Assembly: GCA_013265495.1 (NCBI GenBank)
Contig: MU057375.1
Span: forward strand, 1-64,000
Length of the DNA: 64,000 nt
Reading direction: 5' to 3'
Origin: Vicugna vicugna
Taxonomy: Eukaryota
Part shown: positions 63,801 through 64,000 of the stretch, one piece after another
How the letters are laid out: each line of letters starts with the position of its first letter
Position numbering within the stretch: the stretch's first letter is position 1
Notes under the pieces: model-generated
The model's database searches: none
The model's input: the letters and a program-made list of their open reading frames with translations, nothing else
Told to the model about the DNA's origin: nothing
Translations under genes and position numbers: made by a program

Positions 63801-64000
63801 AACTTACAAGCTTCTGAACAGCAAAGGAAACCATAAGTAAAACAAAAAGACAACCTACAGGATGGGAGAAAATTTTTTCAAATGAAAACAACAAAGGCTT
63901 GATCTCCAGAATATATAAGCAGCTCATATGACTCAATAAGAAAAAAATAAACAACCTAATACAAAAATGGGCAGAAGATCTAAACAAGCAATTCTCCAAG
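60843..64000 (+). pseudogene. L1 ORF2p endonuclease/reverse transcriptase (disrupted)
   Basis: Contains [32 protein letters not shown] and SLYADDM; an early TAA (~60963), frameshifts and a small deletion near 61700. Confidence 0.95.

Larger units (their letters stand above)
57894..64000 (+). mobile_element. 5'-intact (near full-length) L1, inactivated; runs off the window
   Basis: Starts gaggaggggccaagatggc; ~1.65-kb 5' UTR; ORF1 from 59541; ORF2 from 60843 with EN and RT motifs; multiple stops and frameshifts. Confidence 0.97.

Noticed and set aside
57894..64000. Active L1, and antisense ORFs (e.g. 60743-61282, 63514-63999) as genes
   Set aside because: ORF1 and ORF2 are disrupted; antisense ORFs are the usual by-product of L1 composition.
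1..64000. CRISPR arrays, operons or other prokaryotic systems
   Set aside because: The sequence is mammalian (L1, SINE, spliced genes) and has no repeat-spacer array.

Overview
This is mammalian genomic DNA, probably camelid, judged from a tRNA-Ala-derived vic-1-type SINE. It is rich in L1 and has one 946-nt N gap. The ORF track is mostly noise; the real genes only appear when exons are joined by hand. (1) A minus-strand PRSS47-like trypsin-family serine protease pseudogene at ~1.5-4.8 kb. (2) A head-to-tail tandem duplication (~27.07-38.19 kb and ~38.20-50.38 kb). Each unit carries a six-coding-exon, minus-strand RALGDS-derived gene with a novel first exon, the REM (RasGEF_N) domain and part of the Pro/Ala/Glu linker, but no CDC25 catalytic or RA domain. 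Copy A has an open 268-codon frame with one mutated splice acceptor that can be bypassed in frame. Copy B is a pseudogene carrying an extra L1 fragment and a sense-oriented solo LTR at its putative 5' end. (3) A CpG-decayed fossil of GRID1 exon 1 at ~56.3-56.4 kb, with a 5'-intact but inactivated L1 in its downstream intron. Other elements include a twin-primed L1 with a 16-bp TSD, a second solo LTR, a SINE-L1 juxtaposition, MER5A copies and old L1M/L2/MIR relics. Gene identities come from recalled protein sequences, not database searches, and identity figures are hand counts.
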